Shown in pieces: positions 49,944 to 59,925 of a stretch of DNA of 64,000 bases. Origin of the DNA: Syntrophales bacterium (GTDB lineage: Bacteria; Desulfobacterota; Syntrophia; Syntrophales; UBA2210); assembly GCA_963662405.2 (NCBI GenBank), contig CAXXKT010000001.1, forward strand, positions 1,984,001 through 2,048,000. The letters are read 5' to 3'. The stretch's first letter is position 1. Each line of letters opens with the position of its first letter. The notes under the pieces are model-generated. The model saw only the letters and a program-made list of their open reading frames with translations, did not search any database and was not told the origin of the DNA. Made by a program: the position numbers and the translations under genes.

Positions 49944-49975
49944 AACGGGTGGTGCTGTTTGTTATGGAATGAGTC

Positions 49976-51196
49976 TTATAATGCCTCTGCGATCCGATCC
50001 ATGGCGACCTCGACCTGTTCATACTGGTTGAAGGCGCTCAGGCGGATATACCCCTGACCGCACGCGCCGAACCCGCTCCCCGGGGTACAGACGACGGCAG
50101 CCTTGTTGAGGAGGAGGTCGAAAAAGGCCCAGGAATCCGCCCGCGTGTTGACCCAGATGTACGGGGAATCCTCTCCCCCGGCGCAGGTAAACCCGAGCTT
50201 TCGCATCCGTTCGAGGATCAGGGAGGCGTTTTTCAGGTAGTAGTTGGTCAGTTGACGGACCTGCTCCTTTCCCTCGTCCGAATAGACCGCCTCGGCGGCG
50301 CGCTGGATGGGGTAGGAAACGCCGTTGAATTTCGTCGTGTGGCGGCGGTTCCACAGGGAGTGAAGATCGTGGGCGCTCCCTTTGGCATCGTAGCCGGCAC
50401 ATGTCTTCGGGACAACGGTGTACGCGCACCGGGTCCCGGTGAAGCCCGCGGTCTTCGAGAATGATCGAAATTCGATCGCCACATCGCGGGCCCCGTCGAT
50501 CTCATAGATGCTCCGGGGGAGGGAATCGTCACGGATGAAGGCGACGTAGGCTGCGTCGTACAGGATCAAGGCTCTGCTCTCGCGCGCGTAGGCGACCCAC
50601 TCCGAGAGTTGTTCTCTCGTGACCGTGGCCCCCGTGGGGTTGTTGGGGAAACAGAGGTATATCAGATCAACCCGCTCGTTCGGAATCGCCGGGACAAAGC
50701 CGTTCTCCTCCGTGGCCTCGAGGTAGACGAGCCCCTCGTATCGTCCGTTGTTCCACCCGCCGGTCCTCCCGGACATGACGTTGGTGTCGACATAGACAGG
50801 ATAGACCGGATCGGGGACGGCGATCGTCATGTCGGCGGAAAAGATGTCCAGAATATTACCGGTATCGCACTTCGCCCCGTCGCTGACGAAGACCTCGTCG
50901 GGATGAATGTCGGCCCCCACCGCCTGAAAATCGTTCTGTGCGATGGCCTCGCGGAGGAACCCGTATCCCTGTTCCGGGCCGTAGCCGCGGAAGGTGCTGT
51001 CGAAGGACAGTTCCTCGACGGCCTCATGGAGGGCGGCGATACATGCCCCGGGGAGGGCACGCGTCACGTCACCGATCCCGAGCCTGATGATTTCTTTATC
51101 GGGGTTTGATGCGGCAAATGTCTGGATCCGCTTCGCGATGTCGGAGAAGAGGTATGATGACTGGAGTTTCAGGTAATTCTCGTTGATCTGTATCAT
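49976..51196 (-). CDS. dapL: LL-diaminopimelate aminotransferase
   Basis: [43 protein letters not shown] and TKFNG motifs. Confidence 0.95.
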   Translation of the reverse strand: MIQINENYLKLQSSYLFSDIAKRIQTFAASNPDKEIIRLGIGDVTRALPGACIAALHEAVEELSFDSTFRGYGPEQGYGFLREAIAQNDFQAVGADIHPDEVFVSDGAKCDTGNILDIFSADMTIAVPDPVYPVYVDTNVMSGRTGGWNNGRYEGLVYLEATEENGFVPAIPNERVDLIYLCFPNNPTGATVTREQLSEWVAYARESRALILYDAAYVAFIRDDSLPRSIYEIDGARDVAIEFRSFSKTAGFTGTRCAYTVVPKTCAGYDAKGSAHDLHSLWNRRHTTKFNGVSYPIQRAAEAVYSDEGKEQVRQLTNYYLKNASLILERMRKLGFTCAGGEDSPYIWVNTRADSWAFFDLLLNKAAVVCTPGSGFGACGQGYIRLSAFNQYEQVEVAMDRIAEAL

Positions 51197-51350
51197 GGTG
51201 CTCCCTGCTTTTTTAGATATCCTACCTTATATTCTAAAATATACAGGAAGGGATGTATGTGTCAATGCCAAAACGGAGATGCTTGTAAAAACAGCCATTT
51301 CGACAAAAAGACACACCTGTGAAAAAAAGGAGTCTTATCCGAAATAACAG

Positions 51351-51408
51351 TTGACAAAGGGTGTCAGACTTGGTAAAGGAATTTGGTAAGTAAGTGATCA
51401 CTCACTTA
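51351..51408 (+). promoter_or_regulatory. TetR promoter with palindromic operator
   Basis: TTGACA at 51351; 22-bp palindrome TAAGTAAGTGA/TCACTCACTTA (one mismatch) at 51387-51408. Confidence 0.7.
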
Positions 51409-51420
51409 AGAGAAGGTGTT

Positions 51421-52026
51421 ATGGCGGTACCGAATAACAAGCGCCTCTGCGCGGAAGAACGAAAAAAAGACGTTCTCAGAAGCGCCATCAATGCCTTTGG
51501 GAAATCAAATTACCGCGCGACGCGGATGGCGGATATCGCAGCCGAGGCCGGTGTCTCCGAAGCCATGCTCTATAAACACTTTGCCTCGAAGAAGGTCCTG
51601 TTCCTCAGTATCCTCGAGAACGTCTCCTATCGAACCGCGACCACGATCGGAAAAGGGTTCGAAGAAGAACCCGATGCCCTCAAGCTGCTGCGCCGGCTCC
51701 TCATCACCTACTATAACCAGATTCAGGAACACCCCAATCTCCTCAAGCTGCACTTCCAGGCCGTCTCCGAGATAGACGACGAGGAGATCGGGGGGAGGAT
51801 CAAGAATGATCATGAGGTGTATGTCAACAATATCAAAGAGCTTATAAAGAAAGGGCTTGAGCAGGGAACGGTTCGGAAGGATATCGAGATCGATCCGATC
51901 TCGTGGCTTTTCAACGGGATCGGTGTATTGATCAGTATGATGGTTCTACTCGGTCGTGAAGGCGAAATAAAGAGGGGTATCGCTGATAAGATGATCGACC
52001 ATCTGATAGAGAGCATCAGGGCGTAA
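51421..52026 (+). CDS. TetR/AcrR family transcriptional regulator
   Basis: MADIAAEAGVSEAMLYKHFASKKVL HTH motif. Confidence 0.92.
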   Translation: MAVPNNKRLCAEERKKDVLRSAINAFGKSNYRATRMADIAAEAGVSEAMLYKHFASKKVLFLSILENVSYRTATTIGKGFEEEPDALKLLRRLLITYYNQIQEHPNLLKLHFQAVSEIDDEEIGGRIKNDHEVYVNNIKELIKKGLEQGTVRKDIEIDPISWLFNGIGVLISMMVLLGREGEIKRGIADKMIDHLIESIRA

Positions 52027-52098
52027 GCTCTGTCGGTTTTTCATTCAGGTGACCATCTTAAAAAACCCTGAGAAGGGGTAAAGCAAAAGGAGGCAGGT

Positions 52099-53571
52099 AT
52101 GTTAAGGACGAAAGAGCAGTATATAGAAGCGCTGGGCAAGATGAAACGGAACATCTACTTCAACGGAGAGAAGATCTCTCGTACCGATGAACGGCAGATG
52201 GACTGTATCAACACCATCGGGACCACCTATGACGAGGCCCAGAGTTCCGATCCCAAGGTGCAGGAGTTGATGCTGGCCAAATCTCACCTGACGGGTGAGA
52301 CAATCAACCGGTTCACCCACATTCACCAGAACACGGATGATCTCCACAAGAAACAGGATATGACCCGGCATCTCTGCCGGATCGTCGGCGGCTGTATCCA
52401 GCGGTGTATGGGGATCGATGCCACGAACGCCATCTACAACGTGAGCTACGAAGCGGACAAAATAAAACCCGGCGAAACGGAGTATCATGAGAACTTCAAG
52501 AAATGGCTGATACGATTTCAGCAGGAAGACCTGATCGGGTGCTGCGCCCAGACGGATGTCAAGGGTGACCGGATGAAACGACCCCACGAGCAGGTCGATC
52601 CCGACCTGTATGTACGAATCAAGGAGAGACGGAGCGACGGCATCATCGTATCGGGATGCAAGCTGCACATCTCCGAGGCCTCGGTGGCGGACGAGGTGTT
52701 GGTCGTTCCGACCCGTGCCCTGGGTCCGAAGGACAAGGACTACGCCGTAGCCTTCGCTCTTCCCGGTGACTGGGACGGGATGAAGCAGGTGACAACGATC
52801 CACAACCTGCGTCCCCGGAAGCATTTCCCCCGCGGTTTCATGCCCGGCGCGACGGATTCCTACGTGGTTTTCGACGATTGTTTTGTCCCCTGGGATCGAG
52901 TTTTCCTGTGTGGCGAATACCAGCACGGCGGTGCACTTGCTCTTCTCTTTGCCCTCTTCCATCGCCACAGCTACTCGGGATGTAAACCGGCGATCGGTGA
53001 TGTGATCTTGGGTACGGCGGCCCTGGCGGCTGAGTACAACGGGATCGAAAAGGCCGGTCACGTCCGGGAAAAATACGCGGAGATCATCCTGACCACGGAA
53101 CTGGGATACGCGGCGGGGTACACCGCTTCCGATCTGGGCAAACCGGAGGTTTACATGCCCGGTGTGGGTTTTGTCCCTTACGGTCCGGGGAGCTACATCC
53201 CGAATTCGATCTACGCCAACGTCGGCCGCTGTCTGACCGGTGAGGCCGTCTACCGTGAGCAGGAAATCCTGTGCGACATCTCGGGCGGCATCGCAGCAAC
53301 CTTCCCCCACGAGGAGGACTGGGTCAACCCCGAGACGAAGGATCTGATGGAGAAATACGTCATGCGTAATCCCAATTGTTCGGCGAAGGGCGCCGCGCAG
53401 TTCTGGCGGTTTCTCGGCGACACCCTCTGCTCGGCCACGGGCGGTATCACCAACGTGGGAAACTACCACGGCGGCGGATCACCCGTTATGGAGCAGGTTG
53501 CCATCACGACGCAGTACGATATCGAGGATCGAAAGAAACTCGTGAAGTACCTTGCGGGTATTGAAGACTAA
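52099..53571 (+). CDS. 4-hydroxybutyryl-CoA dehydratase-like protein (HpaB/AbfD family)
   Basis: GCIQRCMG and HRHSYSGCK (3 Cys + His Fe-S ligand pattern), TDVKGDR, HGGGSP. Confidence 0.85.
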   Translation: MLRTKEQYIEALGKMKRNIYFNGEKISRTDERQMDCINTIGTTYDEAQSSDPKVQELMLAKSHLTGETINRFTHIHQNTDDLHKKQDMTRHLCRIVGGCIQRCMGIDATNAIYNVSYEADKIKPGETEYHENFKKWLIRFQQEDLIGCCAQTDVKGDRMKRPHEQVDPDLYVRIKERRSDGIIVSGCKLHISEASVADEVLVVPTRALGPKDKDYAVAFALPGDWDGMKQVTTIHNLRPRKHFPRGFMPGATDSYVVFDDCFVPWDRVFLCGEYQHGGALALLFALFHRHSYSGCKPAIGDVILGTAALAAEYNGIEKAGHVREKYAEIILTTELGYAAGYTASDLGKPEVYMPGVGFVPYGPGSYIPNSIYANVGRCLTGEAVYREQEILCDISGGIAATFPHEEDWVNPETKDLMEKYVMRNPNCSAKGAAQFWRFLGDTLCSATGGITNVGNYHGGGSPVMEQVAITTQYDIEDRKKLVKYLAGIED

Positions 53572-53581
53572 CAGGGACACG

Positions 53582-53612
53582 TTGCCCCGCGCCGCCCGGC
53601 GGCGCGGGGCAA
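53582..53612. repeat. 14-bp perfect GC-rich hairpin just downstream of the dehydratase gene
   Basis: TTGCCCCGCGCCGC-CCG-GCGGCGCGGGGCAA. Confidence 0.8.
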
Positions 53613-53645
53613 TAGCCCAGTAATAGAGAAAAGCGTTTTTCATGG

Positions 53646-53680
53646 ACCGGTGGCGCGTTTGAAGCGCCACCGGTTTTTTT
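53646..53680 (+). terminator. Intrinsic terminator
   Basis: ACCGGTGGCGC-GTTTGAA-GCGCCACCGGT followed by a T-tract. Confidence 0.85.
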
Positions 53681-53768
53681 CTGGGAATTCGTGAGCATGA
53701 ACGGGGAGAAACGGTTTCACCCATACTCATATCGTGTCTCGGTGTGGATTGGTAACACGTGTGGTAGA

Positions 53769-54674
53769 TTACTTCGCGTGATCGGCGATCGCGTCTATAA
53801 TCTCTTGCCATACCGGGACAAGGAGTCCGTGTCCCATTCCCTCTACGATCTTCAGTGTTGCGCCGGGAACGGCCTTCGCGATATCGATGCCGCACTCCAC
53901 CCGGAGGAGCGGATCGACGCTACCGTGGATAACGAGCGTCGGGACCTCCAGAGATCTGAGCGCCTCTCGTCTGCTCCCCGAGGCATTGATTGCCGCGATC
54001 TGCCTCGCCACGCCCGCTGGATCGATCCCACGCGCGAATGTCTCCCGGGCGTACTTGCGCGCTCTCTCTTCATCAATCGGGAATCCGTTTCTGTTAAGGA
54101 TGCGCCACATCTCCAGAAAACTCGCGATGAATCCTTCTTGATCCGAAGGGGGTGGGGTCGAAAGAATCTTGAGTGCCTCGGGTGTTGGTGGCGGGAGATC
54201 GGGGCTCCCCGTCGTGGATGACATCGATGTGAGGGACCGGATGCGGCCGGGATTCAGGAGGGCCATGGTCTGGCCAATCATTCCGCCCATTGATATTCCT
54301 ACCACGTGGACGGATGCTATCTCAAGGTGGTCGAGAAGACCGAAGGTATCTCCTGCCATGTCGGAGAGGAGGTAGGGAACCTGCACCGGTTTCCCCGCCG
54401 CGAGATCGGCCAGGAGTCGGGCGATACGGGGAACCCTCGCATGGTCGAGGTGGGTCGACAGCCCGATATCCCGGTTGTCAAAGCGTATGACGAAGTATCC
54501 CCGTTGTGCCAGTGCGCTGCAAAACTCCTCGTCCCACATCACCATCTGCCAGCTCAGCCCCTGGATGAGGATGAGTGGAATATCAGAGCGGGCGCCAAAG
54601 GTGTCGTAGATCAGCTCTATGCCGGTGTCGAGACGGGCCGTCGTGGGACCGTTGTGCGGGGGATCCTGTGTCAT
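53769..54674 (-). CDS. Alpha/beta hydrolase
   Basis: FDNRDIGLST, GISMGG nucleophile elbow, HGSVDPL, GMGH. Confidence 0.92.
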   Translation of the reverse strand: MTQDPPHNGPTTARLDTGIELIYDTFGARSDIPLILIQGLSWQMVMWDEEFCSALAQRGYFVIRFDNRDIGLSTHLDHARVPRIARLLADLAAGKPVQVPYLLSDMAGDTFGLLDHLEIASVHVVGISMGGMIGQTMALLNPGRIRSLTSMSSTTGSPDLPPPTPEALKILSTPPPSDQEGFIASFLEMWRILNRNGFPIDEERARKYARETFARGIDPAGVARQIAAINASGSRREALRSLEVPTLVIHGSVDPLLRVECGIDIAKAVPGATLKIVEGMGHGLLVPVWQEIIDAIADHAK

Positions 54675-54887
54675 CTGTTTGCTCCTCCATTGATTTCTCT
54701 CTAAGCACTCGTATACGTTCGTGAATGGAAAGTCAAAAAGTTATTGCCCCCGTATCCCGCCTCTGGTTGCGTCGAGATGGCCCCCAGCGATCCCACTGTT
54801 GTATTTTTGGCTTGACCGGGCCGGGAATAAAAGAGACTATGAATATGATTTTGAACAAATCCATCAATCTTGCAGAGGGAGGTGGTT

Positions 54888-55319
54888 ATGTTTGAGAAGA
54901 TACTGTATCCGACCGATTTTTCTGAAGAGGCGAACAAGGCATTGGATTTTGTCGTTTCATTGAAAGATGCCGGCGCGAAGGAAGTGGTGATCCTCCATGT
55001 TATCGAAAAGGGCAGCTTCGATGCCATCGCTCGGTACGCTACAAAAGACATCTTAGAAATTGAAAAAAATCTGACAAAGCGGGCGTTTGATGAGATCAAG
55101 CCGATCGAAGAACGATTGAAAAAAAAGGGGTTCAAGGTCAAGGTCGTTATCAGTAAAGCGGTTCCCTACATGGGGATACTCGAAGTGGAAAAAAAGGAGA
55201 AGACCTCTGTCATCGTGATCGGTTCACACGGTGTGACGAACATCGCGGAGGTTCTGATCGGTTCCGTCTCGGAAAAGGTGGTGAGGCGGGCAAAGGCCCC
55301 TGTCTTGGTCGTCAGGTGA
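54888..55319 (+). CDS. Universal stress protein
   Basis: KILYPTDFS, IGSHG and IGSVSEKVVRRAKAPVLVV motifs. Confidence 0.93.
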   Translation: MFEKILYPTDFSEEANKALDFVVSLKDAGAKEVVILHVIEKGSFDAIARYATKDILEIEKNLTKRAFDEIKPIEERLKKKGFKVKVVISKAVPYMGILEVEKKEKTSVIVIGSHGVTNIAEVLIGSVSEKVVRRAKAPVLVVR

Positions 55320-55334
55320 GGGCTCAACCAAATC

Positions 55335-55369
55335 CGGTGGGGGCTTGTGAGCACCCGCCGTTTCTTTTT
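55335..55369 (+). terminator. Probable intrinsic terminator after usp
   Basis: CGGTGGG..GCT-TGTG-AGC..CCCGCCG followed by TTTCTTTTT. Confidence 0.6.
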
Positions 55370-55436
55370 CCGGCAAAAGGTGTTTTACCCTGCTGTGCGA
55401 TCCGTGCCGTTCTTTGTCAGAGCGGTTTGACCGGAA

Positions 55437-55943
55437 TTAGATCTTCCGGCTGTCATACGCCCAGTTCAGGAGCGCCTGTCGTTGCCGCGGCCGACAGCTC
55501 AGGTCTCCCTTTCCGCAGTGTCTCTCGATCTGAGCGATATGCCGCGTCATCGCTTGCCATCGTTTGATCTGTCGTTCGTCATCGGGGCATCTCCTCCCCG
55601 TATAGTACCGGCAGTACCACTGGAACCACCCCCGGGGGTCTTCATGGTAGATCCAGTCTTTCTCCCGCCAGACGGATAAGGGTTGCGAGGCATTAACGCC
55701 GAAGTAATTCAGCGCCGGGTCGTGCCGTTCGTGGCAGAGTTTCGCGCGCGTGAACCATTCTGCGGGGAACTCGCCCCGGCAATCGGTCATGTACCTGCCG
55801 CCGAAGACCCCCATCTCCAGCATCTGTGGGGGTGTCAGCGCCGGTGTAAATCCCGCATGAAAGTTCGCCCCGACAGGCTCGGTACGGTAATAGACGTATC
55901 CCTTTTGCATCAGGTCGTTGACGATTACCTTGTGCCGTTTCAC
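55437..55943 (-). CDS. Conserved-looking hypothetical protein
   Basis: GVFGGRY, NYFGV and DPRGWFQWYCRYY.GRR..DD.RQI.RW..RQRQALL.W pattern; GTG start. Confidence 0.75.
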   Translation of the reverse strand: MKRHKVIVNDLMQKGYVYYRTEPVGANFHAGFTPALTPPQMLEMGVFGGRYMTDCRGEFPAEWFTRAKLCHERHDPALNYFGVNASQPLSVWREKDWIYHEDPRGWFQWYCRYYTGRRCPDDERQIKRWQAMTRHIAQIERHCGKGDLSCRPRQRQALLNWAYDSRKI

Positions 55944-56282
55944 CAGAGTCTTCCCCCGACAGGGATACAGGAACGGGTATTATTCGCGTCGTCACTATGA
56001 ATATGCGATGTAACGATATGACACTACTTTGTTCTCATCGTAACACAGGAAAGAAGGAAAGGAAAGTATGCGACAGAAGGGGCCGGAAGTGTTCATGTTG
56101 CCCGGATAACAGTTATTCTTGACGCGACGGCTTGAACTCTGTTAGGTCAGATGGTCAGAAAGACGTGTGGGAATGGCGGATATATGCCGGTAATACGAAG
56201 CGCCGCGACGGCCTGATGGTTTCCGGATGCCGGCACTCGGAAAGGGCATGCAGGCGCTAGACAGTAAGGTGCGGATGAAAAC

Positions 56283-56744
56283 ATGGACCGCGCACACTAT
56301 TCATATCTGATGCTGACCGTTGTATTTTTGTTGAGCATGACTTCAGTTTCATGTGGGGCCGGAGAAAGATCTCCGTCGAACCGAATCGTCGGCGGCCCGT
56401 GCGAGTATCGGGAATACACGGGGAAGGCGACCGTCGTTTCCGTTCGACCGAGAGAACTGCGGGATCGAGATCCCCGCCCGAATTACGAGCAGTATGAAGT
56501 CAGGTTTATCTTCCATCCTGACGAGACGATCCGGGAACGCCACGGTCAGGTCGAAGGACGGGAATTTCTGCTTCTCCAGCGAAACTCCCGGTATCCGGGT
56601 CCGGCGTTTCTCCGGAAATACGGTATAGAGGAAGGGACGGTACTCGATGGCTCTGTGAAGGTCATCACGAAGGGGACCTGCACGCCTGTCCTCTTTGATT
56701 TTCCCCTGATCAACCTCGATGGTCATTCTGGAAACGAGGATTAG
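56283..56744 (+). CDS. Hypothetical lipoprotein
   Basis: Signal peptide ending SVSC; GGPC..Y and GTCTP Cys pair. Confidence 0.7.
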   Translation: MDRAHYSYLMLTVVFLLSMTSVSCGAGERSPSNRIVGGPCEYREYTGKATVVSVRPRELRDRDPRPNYEQYEVRFIFHPDETIRERHGQVEGREFLLLQRNSRYPGPAFLRKYGIEEGTVLDGSVKVITKGTCTPVLFDFPLINLDGHSGNED

Positions 56745-56799
56745 CTGCCCCTTGAATGAAATTTCACGCATAATACCGGATCCAAGGGTGGAGAATATA

Positions 56800-58482
56800 A
56801 TGAAAAACAAATATTTTAGTAGGATTTTCCCCGTTCTTTTACTTGTCGTTCTGTTTCTGGCGCCGGTGTGGGTCGGGGCAGAGGACGGCGGGGCGGACTC
56901 AACCGGTTTGGGAGATTTTTCCAGTACCTATCCCATCATGCGCCCGGACCGCGAGACACTGAGGGAGTGGATACGAGCCTATGAACGGGCCCCCCAATTC
57001 TCCATCAAACGATTCGGGATATCCCGCCCGCTTCAGGGCTCCCAGAACCTCATCGATTACCTGCAATACACCCCTGAGGAGCGGGATCAGGGGTCCTGTG
57101 GTAACTGCTGGGCCTGGGCCGGCACCGGTGTGATGGAGATCGATTTGTCCGTCAACGAGGGGATCCGTGACCGGCTTTCCGTTCAGTACCTCAACTCCTG
57201 CAAATCCACCGGGAATTACGCCTGCTGCGGGGGCAACATGTCACGCTTCAAGGGTTTTTATCGAAACAATCCCCGGGCCGTTCCCTGGTCCAATACAAAC
57301 GGGAGCTACGCGGACGCCACCCAGCGGTGCGGTGACGGCGCATCGTCTGTCTCCTGCGGTGATATTCCGACCGAGCCCGGGTACCCCATAGAGTCCATAT
57401 CGGTCATGTCGATCGAAACGATGGGGGTTTCCCGGGAAGCGGCCATCGACAATATCAAGGCCGTACTCGATGCAAACAAGGCCGTATCCTTTGCATTTTA
57501 CCTTGCCGACGATGCTGATTGGTATGACTTTTTTGATTTCTGGAGAAACGAGGGGGAAAGTGCCCTGTGGGATCCGAACCCGTACTGCGGGCATACCTGG
57601 CTTGACGAAGAGGGGGGCGGACACGCGGTCCTCTGTGTGGGATACAATGACGAGGACCCGGATCCGGCGAATCACTATTGGATCATCCTCAACAGCTGGG
57701 GCGCAAACGACGGGAGACCGAACGGCCTCTTCCGTATGAAGATGGATATCGATTACAGCTGCTGGCTTGACGATACCGTATCTGGTCCCTTCTATGCCCT
57801 GTACTGGGAGACACTGAACATTGAGTGGGGTGAGGGAGAAGAGGGGACACCCTGCGATATTACCTATCGATACACCGATGCAATGCCATACGCCTTTGAC
57901 GACATCAGCACAACCGGTACCCCCCTGGGCCTCGGCGATGAGGGATATGCGTATTTCTCTATTCCATTTACTTTCCGTTTTTACTGTGAGGACTATACCG
58001 CTGTGGCGGTGGGTTCAAACGGTCTGATCTATTTTATCGACGACGCCTCGGGGTATAAGAATGTCTGCATTCCCGGGGCGAATGAAGACGGTATCCCCGC
58101 CTTCATCGCTCCCCTCTGGGATGACCTGAATCCGGGACGGGCGGGAGAGATCTATATCCAGGTAAAGGGGAATGCTCCCAACAGAAAACTCGTCGTCCAA
58201 TGGGAAGGAGTGCCGCATTACAGTGGTGATGGTACGGTGACCTTTCAGGCGATCCTGTGTGAAAGGAACGGCGCGATACTTTTCCAGTATCAAGACGTCG
58301 ATTTCGGAGATGCATCGTATGATGACGGTGCCTCGGCTACCGTCGGCATCCAGCTGGACCCCTCCACGGGGACCGGCTATTCTTGCGATCGGGCCGCCCT
58401 GAGTGACAAACATGCCATCCTGTTTGCACCCGTTAATCAGACAGGCTCCGGGGACACGGGACCGGTTCGGACGCGATGGTAA
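56800..58482 (+). CDS. Secreted papain-like (C1) cysteine peptidase with C-terminal accessory domain
   Basis: Signal peptide; DQGSCGNCWA, GHAVLCVGY, NSWG; C-terminal IAPLWDDL...TFQAIL...FQY domain. Confidence 0.88.
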   Translation: MKNKYFSRIFPVLLLVVLFLAPVWVGAEDGGADSTGLGDFSSTYPIMRPDRETLREWIRAYERAPQFSIKRFGISRPLQGSQNLIDYLQYTPEERDQGSCGNCWAWAGTGVMEIDLSVNEGIRDRLSVQYLNSCKSTGNYACCGGNMSRFKGFYRNNPRAVPWSNTNGSYADATQRCGDGASSVSCGDIPTEPGYPIESISVMSIETMGVSREAAIDNIKAVLDANKAVSFAFYLADDADWYDFFDFWRNEGESALWDPNPYCGHTWLDEEGGGHAVLCVGYNDEDPDPANHYWIILNSWGANDGRPNGLFRMKMDIDYSCWLDDTVSGPFYALYWETLNIEWGEGEEGTPCDITYRYTDAMPYAFDDISTTGTPLGLGDEGYAYFSIPFTFRFYCEDYTAVAVGSNGLIYFIDDASGYKNVCIPGANEDGIPAFIAPLWDDLNPGRAGEIYIQVKGNAPNRKLVVQWEGVPHYSGDGTVTFQAILCERNGAILFQYQDVDFGDASYDDGASATVGIQLDPSTGTGYSCDRAALSDKHAILFAPVNQTGSGDTGPVRTRW

Positions 58483-58676
58483 CGTTGCTGAGGTGGGATC
58501 ATGCAACAAAATCTTTTTCTGAGTTTTTCGAGAGATGTTGCCCCCGGTTATGCGCGGCGCCCATGAGAAGAAGGGGCATACCGGGGACCCGGGGTATGGG
58601 AGGGGGGATCGGGGAGTGCCGGTGTTTTTGTAAGATTCCGACGTGTGTGCCTCATAAGCCAGTCCAAAAATAAGGC

Positions 58677-58706
58677 AAGGGCTGAGGGATTTCCCTCAGC
58701 CCTTTT
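58677..58706. terminator. Terminator hairpin between the peptidase gene and the tRNA 3' end
   Basis: AAGGGCTGAGGGA-TT-TCCCTCAGCCCTT. Confidence 0.8.
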
Positions 58707-58713
58707 GATTTAC

Positions 58714-58789
58714 TGGCGTCCCCACGGGGAGTCGAACCCCGGCTGCCGGCGTGAAAAGCCGGTGTCCTAGGCCACTAGACGATGGGGAC
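58714..58789 (-). tRNA. tRNA-Glu (anticodon TTC)
   Basis: GTCCCCATCGTCTAGTGGCCTAGGACACCGGC-TTTTCAC-GCCGG..GGTTCGACTCCCCGTGGGGACGCCA; 76 nt with encoded CCA. Confidence 0.96.
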
Positions 58790-58826
58790 GTGTTATCTGT
58801 ATGATTCCACGTGAAATGAATTGCCG

Positions 58827-58855
58827 TTTATAATCTTTATCCCTCGTTATGTCAA
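58827..58855 (-). promoter_or_regulatory. sigma70 promoter of tRNA-Glu
   Basis: Minus strand TTGACA-17 bp-TATAAA. Confidence 0.7.
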
Positions 58856-58868
58856 ACACAAATTATAT

Positions 58869-59738
58869 TGTTGTCAGGAGCACGTAATATGTCCGGATTT
58901 GTAGCACGTAACCTGTCCGGTTTACAATAGCCACCCCGAGGAGGTGGTTATGAGACGGACAGAGATGCTACAGGAGGTCCGGAGGATGCGGTTTGAAGAG
59001 GCGTATGGTGTATGGACGGAGAGACGATTAACCCAAGCATTCTACACTGATCGTGGGAGTCATTACTGGTACACGCCTGAGACAGGGGGAAGAGTAAGCA
59101 AAGGTCAACTCACCCAGTTTGGGCGTGCCATGAAGTATTTAGGGATAGAGATGATTGCCGCCTATTCTCCGCAAGCACGGGGAAGGAGTGAGCGGGCCTT
59201 CAGTACGCATCAAGGTCGCCTTCCCAAAGAACTGGCCCTATATGGAATCACCACAATGGACGCTGCCAATCGGTATCTGGCCGAGGTCTATCGCCCAGCG
59301 TATAACGCCGAGTTCATGCAGCCTGCCGCAGAATAAGGTAGTGCCTTTGTACCATGGGTTGGAGCGAACCTTGACGACATTTTATGCGAGCAGCATCAGA
59401 GAACCGTGACTGCCGATAACTGCTTAAGTTTTGAGGGAAAGACACTGCAAATCCCGGCCAACCGGCATAGATGCCATTACGTCAGGGTTAGGGTGCGTGT
59501 TCATCGGTACATGGACGGCTCGCTGGCCGTTTTCCATGGCCCGAGAAAGCTGGCTGATTATGATGCACAGGGGAAATTGAAAGAAAATAAGAATGGAAAG
59601 GAAAAGGCAGCGTAAGTCTGCCGCTCGCCACTTTCTCAGAAAAGCAGATCCAGGCCATACCTTCCGCTGCTTTTCTGAGAGGTAAAAAGCGGACAACTCA
59701 TTTGCTACAAAACCGGACAGTTCTATTTGTTGACAACA
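58869..59738 (+). mobile_element. Internally deleted ISNCY/IS1202-type element with transposase pseudogene (58950-59615)
   Basis: TGTTGTCA...TGACAACA termini with repeated TGTCCGG subterminal motifs; N-terminus fused directly to FYTDRGSHY; SPQARGRSER; in-frame TAA at 59334. Confidence 0.8.
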
Positions 59739-59739
59739 C

Positions 59740-59925
59740 AGGGATTCAATGCGACTAAACCATTGTGCCCCAGAACTTCTATGCTCAAAAGAACTATCCG
59801 GAAAAACTACGGAGAATCAGGTATCTCGATGTGAACACCAACAAAAGACTGGTCTTTCTCATCAACAATTTTACGCTTCCGGCAAAAACTATCGCAGAGC
59901 ATCTACCGCTGCCGCTGGCCGGTGG
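59740..59925 (+). pseudogene. IS4 transposase internal fragment
   Basis: GIQCD*TIVPQNFYAQKNYPEKLRRIRY..KRLVFLINNF..(frameshift)IYRCRW aligns to the intact transposase at 37026. Confidence 0.85.

Noticed and set aside
49976..51196. dapL as the missing indolepyruvate aminotransferase
   Set aside because: It has the full DapL motif set, is 14 kb away on the other strand and has no Trp leader.
58822..58857. dif/xrs-like site (TTATGTCAAAC) beside the IS1202-like element
   Set aside because: The XerC-like arm is 13 bp away rather than 6, and the sequence is fully explained as the tRNA-Glu promoter on the minus strand.
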